From: an uncultured bacterium | GTDB taxonomy: Bacteria; Babelota; Babeliae; Babelales; Babelaceae | Assembly: GCA_963848965.1 (NCBI GenBank) | Contig: CAWKFG010000005.1 | Span: 32,001 to 96,000 of the forward strand | DNA: 64,000 nt | Direction of reading: 5' to 3' | In this document: positions 20,423-29,550 of the stretch, in pieces | Layout of the letters: each line of letters begins with the position of its first letter | Position numbering within the stretch: position 1 is the first letter of the stretch | Notes under the pieces: generated by a model | Seen by the model: the letters and a program-made list of their open reading frames with translations, nothing else | What the model was told of the DNA's origin: nothing | Databases searched by the model: none | Made by a program: the position numbers and the translations under genes

Positions 20423-21564
20423 TGTATAACAGAATTTTAAAATTACCCCTTGAAGAATCAAATAGTATCTTCTTATTTGGTCCTCGAGGCACAGGAAAAA
20501 CCTCCTGGATTAAAGCACATTTACCAACCGCTTTATATCTCGATCTGCTTGATTTTTCAACATATAGCTCACTTTCTGCTCATCCTAACAGATTGGAGAA
20601 TCTTATTCCTCCACATTATAGAGATTGGATTGTAATCGATGAAGTACAGCGTGTACCAGAATTACTTAACGAAGTACATAGACTCATTGAAAATCGCCAA
20701 CTACGATTTTTGCTCACAGGCTCTAGTGCTAGAAGCTTAAGAAGAAAGGGTGTAAATCTTCTTGCAGGAAGAGCACTTAGATATTACATGCATCCACTTG
20801 TAATTCAAGAAATAGGTGCTGATTTTAACCTTCAACATGCTCTTACCTTTGGATTACTACCTGCAGCAGTAAGCCACTCTGATCCTAAAAGATATCTAGA
20901 AAGCTATGTTCAAACATATTTGCGAGAAGAGATTTTACAAGAAGGGCTTACAAGAAACATTGGAGCATTTACTCGCTTTTTAGAAATTGCTAGCTTTTCT
21001 CAAGGACATGTCTTGAACTTTTCAGAAATAGCACGCGAACTTTCGCTAAACCGACTTATGGTAGCAAGTTACTTTGCAATCCTTGAGGATCTCCTTTTAG
21101 CAGTAAGGCTCCCTACTTTTACTCTACGCGCAAAAAGAAAAATGATCGCTCATGAAAAGTTCTATTTTTTTGATACTGGAGTATACAGAATTTTAAGACC
21201 AATGGGTGCCTTAGATACACAAGAAGAGATAGATGGAGCTACCTTAGAAACTCTTTTTTTACAGTCGCTTAGCGCTATAAATGATTATTTTAACCTCGAC
21301 TATAAAATATATTTTTGGAGAACTTCTACAGGAACTGAAGTAGACTTTGTCATTTATGGACCACATGGTCTCCATGCCTTTGAAATTAAGCGCTCATCAC
21401 AAATTACCAGTAAAAACCTTAAAGGGCTCAAAGAGTTTGGTCAAGACTACCCTGAAGCAAAACTTCATATGCTCTTTCTTGGCAAGCATAAAGAATATCA
21501 TGGATCTATCACCGTTCTACCATTTGAGGAAGCATTAAAGGAATTACCCTCTCTCATACGATAA
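20407..21564 (+). CDS. AAA_14 ATPase with DUF4143 and C-terminal PD-(D/E)XK-like domain
   Basis: GPRGTGKT, IDEVQ, LTGSS, KFYFFDTG, YFWRT..G.EVDFV, FEIK. Confidence 0.9.
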   Translation: MKNDGMYNRILKLPLEESNSIFLFGPRGTGKTSWIKAHLPTALYLDLLDFSTYSSLSAHPNRLENLIPPHYRDWIVIDEVQRVPELLNEVHRLIENRQLRFLLTGSSARSLRRKGVNLLAGRALRYYMHPLVIQEIGADFNLQHALTFGLLPAAVSHSDPKRYLESYVQTYLREEILQEGLTRNIGAFTRFLEIASFSQGHVLNFSEIARELSLNRLMVASYFAILEDLLLAVRLPTFTLRAKRKMIAHEKFYFFDTGVYRILRPMGALDTQEEIDGATLETLFLQSLSAINDYFNLDYKIYFWRTSTGTEVDFVIYGPHGLHAFEIKRSSQITSKNLKGLKEFGQDYPEAKLHMLFLGKHKEYHGSITVLPFEEALKELPSLIR

Positions 21565-21697
21565 AAATTCATAAAAAGTAAACTATAACCACTCGTAAAA
21601 GCGCTACCAAAAAGCAGCAAACGAACCCTTTTGTGAGCCACTTTTTTGTTTGGTACAATAAAGTGCGTAAAACTTACTCTTTATTCTAGGTTATTGT

Positions 21698-22609
21698 ATG
21701 ATTCATAAAACAAAGAAATGTATGCTTGTGTTAGCTCTTTTGTTTATAAGTAGCACTACACTACTCATATGCCAATCACTGCCTGATAAACAAAGCACTT
21801 TAAAAGAAGAAAAACCACTTATCGTATTTATTCACGGCACCCTCTTTAGTGCATATCGCTGGCTTGTTCATTGGCTCGATTGCCCTTTAGGATTTGCTCC
21901 TGCAACAAAACAAGGCAACAAATATTTTCTTGGACGTATTCCCTATATTTTACACGAAGCAGCACCTGACGCATTTCCTCTTGATTCTTTTTATCTCTAT
22001 GGGTGGAGTGGAAGCCTTAACTTTGATGCACGTAAAAAAGCTGCACACAAACTGTATCATGAGTTAAAAAAACATAAAAGACCGCTTATTGTCATTGCTC
22101 AGAGCCATGGCTGCAATGTAGCTCTCAATCTTGCTCAAATAGCACAAGAGCATAAAGATAGCGAATTTGTTGTAGATAAGTTGGTACTCCTTGCATGTCC
22201 TGTGCAAGAGCATAACGCTCATTGTGTAAAATCACCAGTATTTAAACAGGTATTTTCATTGTATTCTACCAGTGATATTATGCAATGCTTAGATCCCCAA
22301 GGGATGTATAAGAAAACCAAAGAGCTCCTTAAATCGAGCACCAAAAAAGTACCGTTTTTTTCTCAACGGACATTCGAACCAGCACTCAACTTAACACAAG
22401 CACGTATTATACTTAATGGTTCTGGCCCCGCTCATGTTGATTTTATTCTAAAAAAGTTTCTTATTCATCTTCCAAATATTCTTAAAGAGCTCGAAACAGC
22501 TACTTCTACATCACGCATCAAAGAAGAAGAACCTCATTATACTGTTACTATCAAGAAGGATACTGGTACGTATACTATAGAAAATAACCAAGCGACAAAG
22601 AGCAAGTAA
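21698..22609 (+). CDS. Secreted alpha/beta-hydrolase-fold protein
   Basis: Signal peptide; FIHGT oxyanion-like motif; AQSHG nucleophile elbow; LVLLACP. Confidence 0.65.
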   Translation: MIHKTKKCMLVLALLFISSTTLLICQSLPDKQSTLKEEKPLIVFIHGTLFSAYRWLVHWLDCPLGFAPATKQGNKYFLGRIPYILHEAAPDAFPLDSFYLYGWSGSLNFDARKKAAHKLYHELKKHKRPLIVIAQSHGCNVALNLAQIAQEHKDSEFVVDKLVLLACPVQEHNAHCVKSPVFKQVFSLYSTSDIMQCLDPQGMYKKTKELLKSSTKKVPFFSQRTFEPALNLTQARIILNGSGPAHVDFILKKFLIHLPNILKELETATSTSRIKEEEPHYTVTIKKDTGTYTIENNQATKSK

Positions 22610-22676
22610 TTTTCTCTGGTAGAACTTAGGCACTATCTTGAAAGCGCTGAATACTTGCTCTAACTTGTCTAGGTTC

Positions 22677-23744
22677 TTATGCACCACTGCTTACAAGATC
22701 TGTAAGTATAGCACGGCCTGTCCCAACAGTTGGTACACCAGCTTTATTTACCAGTAATACAACTCCCATAGTTTTTCCTGGAACCATAGCTATGTAACTT
22801 GTAAAGCCTGCAGTACCGCCATCTTTATTGATGAATTCTATACCACCTATAATAGGGCGCTGCCAACCAAGCCCTATAGTTAATCCACTATCGACCGGAA
22901 AGAATGGTTGTTGAGCATACTGCATAGCAGATTTAAGCTGGAAAGATCCTATAAGATTTAAGTTAGCTTTAAGAAACTCTTTCATGTCTTTAATAGTTGA
23001 ACGTAATGCCCCGCTTGTGCCAACTCCTGTTGTAGTAAAGCGAGAAGCACTACTACCGTCTTGTTGATACCCTTGGGCATATAACGAAACAAGAGAATTT
23101 GGCACTTGAATAAAAGTGCTTGTCATTTTAAGAGGGGTTAAAATAATAGTTCTTACTGCATCATAAAACTTTTTATGAGTGCGATCCTGTAAAGCATACC
23201 CTAAAAAGACATATCCTACATTAGAATAAAGAAATCTTGTTCCTATAGGATAAGGGGGAGACCATTGAGCAAAAGCATTAACAAGGTCTCTCTCGGAATC
23301 AGCAGATCCTGGAACTATAGTTTCACGTGGTAAACTTGAAGTATGTGTCGCTAGTTGTTGCAAGGTAATAGGATTAAGTTGATTTGGATGAGTTCTAAGA
23401 TAGTCTAAACATTGACGTAATTGACATCCCAAGCGAGCAGTTCCTTGTTGTGCTTCATAAGCTAACCATGTTGAAGTAAATACTTTTGTAAGAGAGCCTA
23501 TTTCAAAAATAGTGTTTGTTGCTATTGGAGTTTGATTGCGTACATGAGCAACTCCAAACGTACGTACATATTCCTTACCTTGGTAATAAAGAGCGACAGC
23601 TACCCCAGGAACTTGATATTGTGCCATAAAAGATTGTACACGTGATGAAATAACATCATTTGGATCTACTGCTGCTTGAACAGTATAAAAAGTAGAATAC
23701 AAATAAAGTATACTGCTTATAAGAAAAATATATTTTTGCTTCAT
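22677..23744 (-). CDS. Serine hydrolase, class C beta-lactamase/AmpC-like
   Basis: FEIGSLTK (SxxK), LATHTSSLP, YSN, KDGGTAGF; signal peptide. Confidence 0.88.
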   Translation of the reverse strand: MKQKYIFLISSILYLYSTFYTVQAAVDPNDVISSRVQSFMAQYQVPGVAVALYYQGKEYVRTFGVAHVRNQTPIATNTIFEIGSLTKVFTSTWLAYEAQQGTARLGCQLRQCLDYLRTHPNQLNPITLQQLATHTSSLPRETIVPGSADSERDLVNAFAQWSPPYPIGTRFLYSNVGYVFLGYALQDRTHKKFYDAVRTIILTPLKMTSTFIQVPNSLVSLYAQGYQQDGSSASRFTTTGVGTSGALRSTIKDMKEFLKANLNLIGSFQLKSAMQYAQQPFFPVDSGLTIGLGWQRPIIGGIEFINKDGGTAGFTSYIAMVPGKTMGVVLLVNKAGVPTVGTGRAILTDLVSSGA

Positions 23745-23855
23745 GAGGCCCTCTTTAAAAAATTAAGTTGGCGTTTAGTCTAAGCCTACTTAATTTGATT
23801 TGTCAAGCTGTCTCTATAAACTGCTTACATAAAGAATGCTACTAAAATCTAATCT

Positions 23856-24485
23856 ATGGTATACTTACTAGAAAGACTATACCTCTTAACAAAGACTAGT
23901 ATGGATCCAAAAGCATTTAAACAACAACTTTTAGACAAGTTATATGCGCCCTATAGAAATTGTGTCCAGTGCCCATTAGGATTTCTTGGCCGGAAAAATG
24001 TCGTTTTTGGCGAAGGCAATCCTGATGCAGATCTCCTTTTTGTAGGTGAAGCTCCAGGACGAGATGAGGATCTTCAAGGAAGACCATTTGTTGGAAAATC
24101 AGGCCAGCTACTCAATAGAGTACTTGCTAAAGTTGATATTGCACGCGAAGATGTGTTTATCACAAATATAGTTAAATGCCGCCCTCCTGAAAATAGAGCG
24201 CCAGCCCCTATAGAGATATCAACATGCACAAAACTATTTCTATTTAATCAAATTAAAATAATACGGCCTAAAGTTATTTGCACCCTCGGCTCCATTGCCC
24301 TTAATGCTCTTGCAGAAACACCTCTTCAAATAACAAAAGTACGTGGAAAAATTATTGAACGTGACGGTATGATCATTATTCCTACTTATCACCCCGCTTA
24401 TATATTGAGAAATCAAACACAAGCTCTTGTATGGCTCCAGGACTTCCAGTTCATCAAAGAGCAACTACAGATACGTACCAAGTAA
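23856..24485 (+). CDS. udg: Uracil-DNA glycosylase family 4 (likely start at ATG 23901)
   Basis: CxxC, VGEAPG, GRPFVG, NIVKCRPPENR, YHPAY. Confidence 0.92.
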   Translation: MVYLLERLYLLTKTSMDPKAFKQQLLDKLYAPYRNCVQCPLGFLGRKNVVFGEGNPDADLLFVGEAPGRDEDLQGRPFVGKSGQLLNRVLAKVDIAREDVFITNIVKCRPPENRAPAPIEISTCTKLFLFNQIKIIRPKVICTLGSIALNALAETPLQITKVRGKIIERDGMIIIPTYHPAYILRNQTQALVWLQDFQFIKEQLQIRTK

Positions 24486-24597
24486 GCGCAAGTACCGCGG
24501 GCTAAAAAATATATATTAGAATTATAAAACAGCCCTCTTTTCTCTTTGGCAACTGAAAAATGGATTTTTCTGATTGAAACAAAAATAAAAATCAAAA

Positions 24598-24910
24598 TGT
24601 GGATAACTTGTGGATAACTTGTGGATAAGTACCCAAAAAAATGTGGATAACTCTTCCATACCATCCCAATACTTTGATTTTATCAAACTATACAGAATGC
24701 CTATCTGTATAGCCTCTTATAATCAGTTTTTTGAATAGAGCAAAAAAGTTATCCACAAGTTATCCACAGGTTATCCACAAGTTATCCACATTGGTATGAA
24801 GCTAGCAAAAGCTTGATTAGATCAAGCTATCCGGTGAGCAAAAAGTGAGTTATCCACATTTTTTTGCTCACCCATTATTATTATATATAATATATATAAT
24901 ATATATAATA
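24598..24910. promoter_or_regulatory. oriC: Candidate chromosomal replication origin (oriC)
   Basis: TGTGGATAA at 24598, 24609, 24620, 24642; TTATCCACA at 24749, 24760, 24771, 24782, 24850; pure A/T tract ~24874-24910. Confidence 0.88.
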
Positions 24911-25034
24911 GTGGGTGGTTACACTATTTGTAACGAACAAAAGATAAGGTCTGAGAAAGCGCCTTCTCTTTTTCAAAAAGGTGTGTTATACTACTTTTGA
25001 GCACTTCACAAATATTAATCTGCTAAGGAACACC

Positions 25035-26099
25035 GTGAAACTTTCACAAGTGATAGATGAACTCGTTGAGGAAAAAGGTTTAGATCGATCTGTATTAAGC
25101 GCTATTATTGCAGAAGGGATGCTTGCTGCTTATAAGAAAAAGTATCCTGATTTACCTCTTAAAGTGACCTATAATCGTAAGATTGATGAGATTGAAGTCT
25201 TTATAGAAAAAGTTGTAGTTAATACGGTACAAGATGACGATACTCAAATAAGCTTGCGTAAAGCACGTTCAATCAAAGAGGATGCTCAGGTAGGAGATAC
25301 ACTTGATCTTCCTTTTGAAGGAACAATAGGTCGTATCGAGATCCTTAAAGCAAAACAAGTTATTGCTCAAAAAATTCGTGCTATAGAGTCATCTGCTGTT
25401 TATCAAGAGTTTAAACCAAAAGAAAATACTATTGTTCATGGTATCATTCACAAGTGTGAGCGTAATGGTATTACAGTAAAATTGCAAGATACTTTTGCCT
25501 TTTTGCCAAAATCGCTTACGATACCTGGAGACAAATGTATTGTAGGATATCCTCTACGTGCTTTGCTTAAAGAAGTTTTACCAGAACCTCGTCATGAAAA
25601 TCAGCTTATTTTAGATAGAACTTCGCCTGAATTTTTAAGAAGGCTTTTTGAACTTGAAGTTCCTGAAATTTTTGAGAAGTTAGTTGAAATTAAAAAAATC
25701 GTTCGTGCTCCTGGCTATAAATCAAAGGTTCTTGTAGTGTCACATGATAAAAATATTGATCCTGTAGGAACTTGTGTAGGTGTTGGCGGAGCTCGTATAA
25801 AGCCTATTTTACGAGAATTAGGTACTGAAAAAATAGATATAATAGCGTTTAACCGCTCTCTTGAAGATTTAATTAGAGATGCTTTAAAACCTGCAGAAGT
25901 CAACCGAGTTGAGCTTGTTGATACAAAAAATGCTCACGTTTGGGTGGATGAAGATCAGCGCTCCATTGCTATTGGTAAAATGGGACAAAATATAGCTTTG
26001 GCTTCAGAGCTTACAGGAATGAATATTCATCTTGTTAAAAACGATACAGAAAAAGCTCAAAATGAACCATTTGAAGAAGAAGTTCAAGTAAATGAATAA
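25035..26099 (+). CDS. nusA: Transcription termination/antitermination factor NusA (GTG start at 25035 after AAGGA; ORF track extends to 24981)
   Basis: AKQVIAQKIR, LFELEVPEI, RAPGYKSK, DPVGTCVGVGGARI, AIGKMGQN. Confidence 0.95.
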   Translation: MKLSQVIDELVEEKGLDRSVLSAIIAEGMLAAYKKKYPDLPLKVTYNRKIDEIEVFIEKVVVNTVQDDDTQISLRKARSIKEDAQVGDTLDLPFEGTIGRIEILKAKQVIAQKIRAIESSAVYQEFKPKENTIVHGIIHKCERNGITVKLQDTFAFLPKSLTIPGDKCIVGYPLRALLKEVLPEPRHENQLILDRTSPEFLRRLFELEVPEIFEKLVEIKKIVRAPGYKSKVLVVSHDKNIDPVGTCVGVGGARIKPILRELGTEKIDIIAFNRSLEDLIRDALKPAEVNRVELVDTKNAHVWVDEDQRSIAIGKMGQNIALASELTGMNIHLVKNDTEKAQNEPFEEEVQVNE

Positions 26100-26121
26100 T
26101 AATCAAAATAACGGGAAATAA

Positions 26122-28095
26122 ATGGCAATACGAGTTTATGAACTTTCTAAAGAATTAGGCATCTCAAATAAAGAGCTCTTAAAGCTTTTAAAAGACCAAG
26201 GATTTGAGCTTGCAAGTCATATAGCAATTGTACCTGCAGAGGCTATTGAAAAGGTAAAAAATGTCCTTACAAAGCCGGCAGCAAAACAAGAAGAGCCTTT
26301 AGCACAAGCAGCACAACCAGAAGTAGCTCCTCAGAGTAAACCATCTTTGGTGAATAAGCCTGCAAAAGAAAAAGAGAAAGAGCCAGAGGATTCGATTGTA
26401 CTTTCTTCTATGAGTGTAGCCGAAATTGCTCAAAAAGCTCATAAACAAGTAAGCGAAGTAATAATAACCCTTTTAAAACAAGGGATTGTTGTTACAAAAA
26501 ACCAATTACTTCCTGAAAAAATTGTTGCCCAACTAGCACATATCTATGGGCTGAAAGTTGTGGAAAAACCTTCGCAAGCACCAAAAGAAACATCTAGAGG
26601 ACCTCTTGCACCAGCAGTCCAAGAAGGACGTTGGCAAGAAAGACTTCCTATTGTGGTTGTTATTGGGCATGTTGATCATGGTAAGACTACGCTCCTTGAT
26701 TTTATTCGAAAGACTCGTGTTGCTGCAAAAGAAAAGGGTGGAATCACCCAACATTTAGGAGCATATGAGGTACGTACTGAGCAAGGCGGAGTTGTTTTTC
26801 TCGATACACCTGGTCATGAAGCATTCTCTTTGATGCGAGCACGAGGAATTAAAGTTGCAGATATTGCTATCTTAATTGTTGCTGCAGATGATGGTGTAAT
26901 GCCACAAACGCTTGATGCTATTAGGCTTGCTCAAGCAGTAGAATTACCTATCATTGTTGCTATTAACAAGGTAGATAAGGCAACACCTGCTCAGATAGAA
27001 ACAGTCAAAAGACAGCTTGCACAAGTTGATCTTGTTCCTGAAGAATGGGGAGGCACTACTGTCTGTATGCCTATCTCTGCAAAAGTGGGTACAGGAGTTT
27101 CGGAACTTCTTGAAGTTATTGTATTGCAAGCACAGCTTATGGATCTTAAAGCGAATATGTCTATTCCTGCTCGAGGCTATGTGTTAGAATCGAAGCTAGA
27201 AAAAGGGCGTGGTCCGGTAGCTACTGTTATTTGTCATCATGGTATTCTTAAAATAGGGGACTATTTTGTTTCTGGTACCAGACAAGGAAAAGTAAGTTCC
27301 TTAGTAGATAGCTATGGTAAGCGGGTAACTGAGGTTGGACCTTCTACCCCTGTACAAGTAGCAGGCTTTTCAGAACTTCCTCATGCTGGTGATCCTTTTG
27401 AAGTGGTAGCACAAGAATCATTAAAGCGAAGAACAGCTACTCAAACAGTAGAATCTCGTGCTGAAACACTTCTTAAAAAGACATTTGATGGTGAAGCTAT
27501 TCGTCTTATTATTAAATCAGATAATGCTTCTTCTAAAGAAGCTCTTATAAACGCTATTGAAAAACTTTCTGCTAAAGCGCCTAAAAAGTTTGTTGTTGTT
27601 CATGCTGCAGTAGGAGATATCACCGAGAGTGATGTTCTTTTTGCTTCGGATACCCAATCTTCGATTTATGGTTTCCATGTAAAAACTCAGCCAAGTGCGA
27701 CTGCTGCTTTACAGCGACATCCTGTTGCCATAAAACATTTTGATATTATCTATAAGCTTCTTGAAGAGCTTGAGGCCATCGCTGAAGCTGGTAGACCAGT
27801 AGTGACAGTAACGAAAAAAGTTGGTGAAGCTACTGTTATCAAAGTATTTGATATTAAAAATATAGGCAAAATTGCAGGAGCTCAAGTTAAATCAGGCAGA
27901 TTTGTCAAAGATGGTAAGGTTATTGTCTGGCGTGGTAAACAAAAAATTGGTGAAGGCCCTATCAAAGGGCTCCAGCGCGAGCGTAAACCGGTTAAAGAAG
28001 TTCATACAGGCTTTGAGTTTGCCTTTTCTGCAGAAGGATTTGATGCTTGGGAAGTTGATGACCGAGTTGAATGCTTTCAAGAGGTTCCAGCCTAA
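26122..28095 (+). CDS. infB: Translation initiation factor IF-2
   Basis: IRVYEL N-terminus, GHVDHGKTTLLD, GGITQH, DTPGHEAF, NKVD. Confidence 0.97.
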   Translation: MAIRVYELSKELGISNKELLKLLKDQGFELASHIAIVPAEAIEKVKNVLTKPAAKQEEPLAQAAQPEVAPQSKPSLVNKPAKEKEKEPEDSIVLSSMSVAEIAQKAHKQVSEVIITLLKQGIVVTKNQLLPEKIVAQLAHIYGLKVVEKPSQAPKETSRGPLAPAVQEGRWQERLPIVVVIGHVDHGKTTLLDFIRKTRVAAKEKGGITQHLGAYEVRTEQGGVVFLDTPGHEAFSLMRARGIKVADIAILIVAADDGVMPQTLDAIRLAQAVELPIIVAINKVDKATPAQIETVKRQLAQVDLVPEEWGGTTVCMPISAKVGTGVSELLEVIVLQAQLMDLKANMSIPARGYVLESKLEKGRGPVATVICHHGILKIGDYFVSGTRQGKVSSLVDSYGKRVTEVGPSTPVQVAGFSELPHAGDPFEVVAQESLKRRTATQTVESRAETLLKKTFDGEAIRLIIKSDNASSKEALINAIEKLSAKAPKKFVVVHAAVGDITESDVLFASDTQSSIYGFHVKTQPSATAALQRHPVAIKHFDIIYKLLEELEAIAEAGRPVVTVTKKVGEATVIKVFDIKNIGKIAGAQVKSGRFVKDGKVIVWRGKQKIGEGPIKGLQRERKPVKEVHTGFEFAFSAEGFDAWEVDDRVECFQEVPA

Positions 28096-28340
28096 AATTT
28101 TCTTTACATTTTCTTTCTTACTTCATTACCTTCATTTTCCCCTTTTTTAATTTTTGTTGAAAACTCGGGCTTTTTTTTTACACCTCTTCCGCACAGCAAG
28201 ATGTTGCTTTTTTGTTGTTTTTTACACAAAACAACGCGCTTTTAGAAAAAATGCTGGAAAGCAGCCGTTTTTTTGTTGTTGCAATAAAGAAAATTAAAAA
28301 GTGTGTTGTTTTTTTTATTATTTAGGCCAAACTTAAAAAT

Positions 28341-28496
28341 GCTTCATGGTTAGTTAGGTACTTACTTATAACTACTTTCTCTCCCTTCATAGTTATAAGT
28401 AGTATTGGTTACGAAGCACTGCTTGTAAGAGTACATAGTTAAGGACTCAAAACGTTACTACAATTCCTTCTTAGCTAGTTGCGAGTCTTTAACTAT
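28341..28496 (+). ncRNA. Candidate small RNA with two long stem-loops and pyrimidine-rich loops
   Basis: Hairpin 1 (28341-28417): TACTTATAACTA/TAGTTATAAGTA core with a G-U-rich outer stem. Hairpin 2 (28435-28496): ATAGTTAAGGACTC/GAGTCTTTAACTAT. G-U pairs work only on the + strand. Confidence 0.55.
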
Positions 28497-28502
28497 CTGC
28501 TC

Positions 28503-29363
28503 TTATTTTTTTACCAAAAGACTGTTTAGTACCTGGAGGTTGTGGGCAAAGCCTTCAAGCGTATCGTTGGGTGTTTCTAAGAGTTTAGGAATAAAAAGAA
28601 GACGAGGATCGTTCATAAGCAATGTAAACGCCTTTAAAGGAATTGTACCCTTGCCGATGTCTGCATGCCTATCTACGCAAGAATTTTTCGGTTTTAGGGA
28701 ATCATTTATATGAAGAGCCTTAAGATGCTGAAATCCAATAATGTCATCAAAGTCTTTCCATAGGTTGTTATAAGCTTTCTCTGTTGAAAAGTCGTAGCCA
28801 GCGGCCCATATATGGCAAGTATCAAGACATATCCCTACGCGCTCTTTTTCTTCAACTAAAGAACGAATAAATGCAAGCTGCTCAAAGGTACTGCCTACGC
28901 ACGAGCCTTGACCAGCCATGGTTTCTAAAAGTACCATTACAGAATTTTTGTGTGTCTGAAAAAGAATATTAAGTGATTCAGCTATTTGTTGAAGTCCTCG
29001 CTGTTCATCTTTTACTCCTGCTCCTGGGTGTAGTACAAGGTAGGGTAATGAAAGTTGCTCACAGTGTATAAGCTCTTTGCCGAGTGTTTCTTGTGACTTT
29101 TTAAGCGTATCTGCTGAAGCAGTGCCAAGGTTGATAAGATAGCTTGCATGAGCTACTGAGGTTGTAATACCGGTTTCTTTTTGAGCTCTTTTAGTGCTTT
29201 CTATAACCTCTTGAGAGAGCTCTTTACAGTGCCATTGGCGGTTACTATGAGTAAAGATTTGAATAGTAGTGCACCCTATTGAATGCCCTCTCCAGAAGGC
29301 TTGATCTATACCTCCAGAGATTGACATATGTGCTCCTAGAAGGCCTTTATACTTTTTTGACAT
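28503..29363 (-). CDS. nfo: Endonuclease IV
   Basis: GAHMSISGG, HASYLINL, LHPG, LLETMAGQG, CLDTCH, HINDS, DRHADIG, LETP. Confidence 0.95.
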   Translation of the reverse strand: MSKKYKGLLGAHMSISGGIDQAFWRGHSIGCTTIQIFTHSNRQWHCKELSQEVIESTKRAQKETGITTSVAHASYLINLGTASADTLKKSQETLGKELIHCEQLSLPYLVLHPGAGVKDEQRGLQQIAESLNILFQTHKNSVMVLLETMAGQGSCVGSTFEQLAFIRSLVEEKERVGICLDTCHIWAAGYDFSTEKAYNNLWKDFDDIIGFQHLKALHINDSLKPKNSCVDRHADIGKGTIPLKAFTLLMNDPRLLFIPKLLETPNDTLEGFAHNLQVLNSLLVKK

Positions 29364-29550
29364 GATGAGCCTTTACCTTTTGTGATACTTTTTACCCTCC
29401 TTTTTCAATAATACGTATAAAAAATTAATTTGACAAATTAGCGAAAATCATTAACTTGAGGATGTCTCAGGGGGCACTGGATTCTTAAAAAAGGTAGTAG
29501 CATAGTAAGCAACAGATTTTACTTCAGTTTTAGGAAAATAAGGAGAATTT

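Noticed and set aside
24413..24664. 83-aa minus-strand ORF over the DnaA boxes
   Set aside because: YPH/YPQ/VIH residues are translated DnaA boxes; shadow ORF with no RBS or family motif.
24598..24790. 11-bp tandem repeats as CRISPR or VNTR
   Set aside because: No spacers; units are exact DnaA boxes.
28246..28274. GCTGGAAAGCAGCC as SRP RNA domain IV
   Set aside because: Lacks the CAGG...GGAA...AGCAG internal-loop architecture and long flanking helix; more likely a weak terminator after infB.
28341..28496. 6S RNA or tRNA identity for the structured region
   Set aside because: Two separate hairpins rather than one rod with a central bubble; no cloverleaf or TTC loop.
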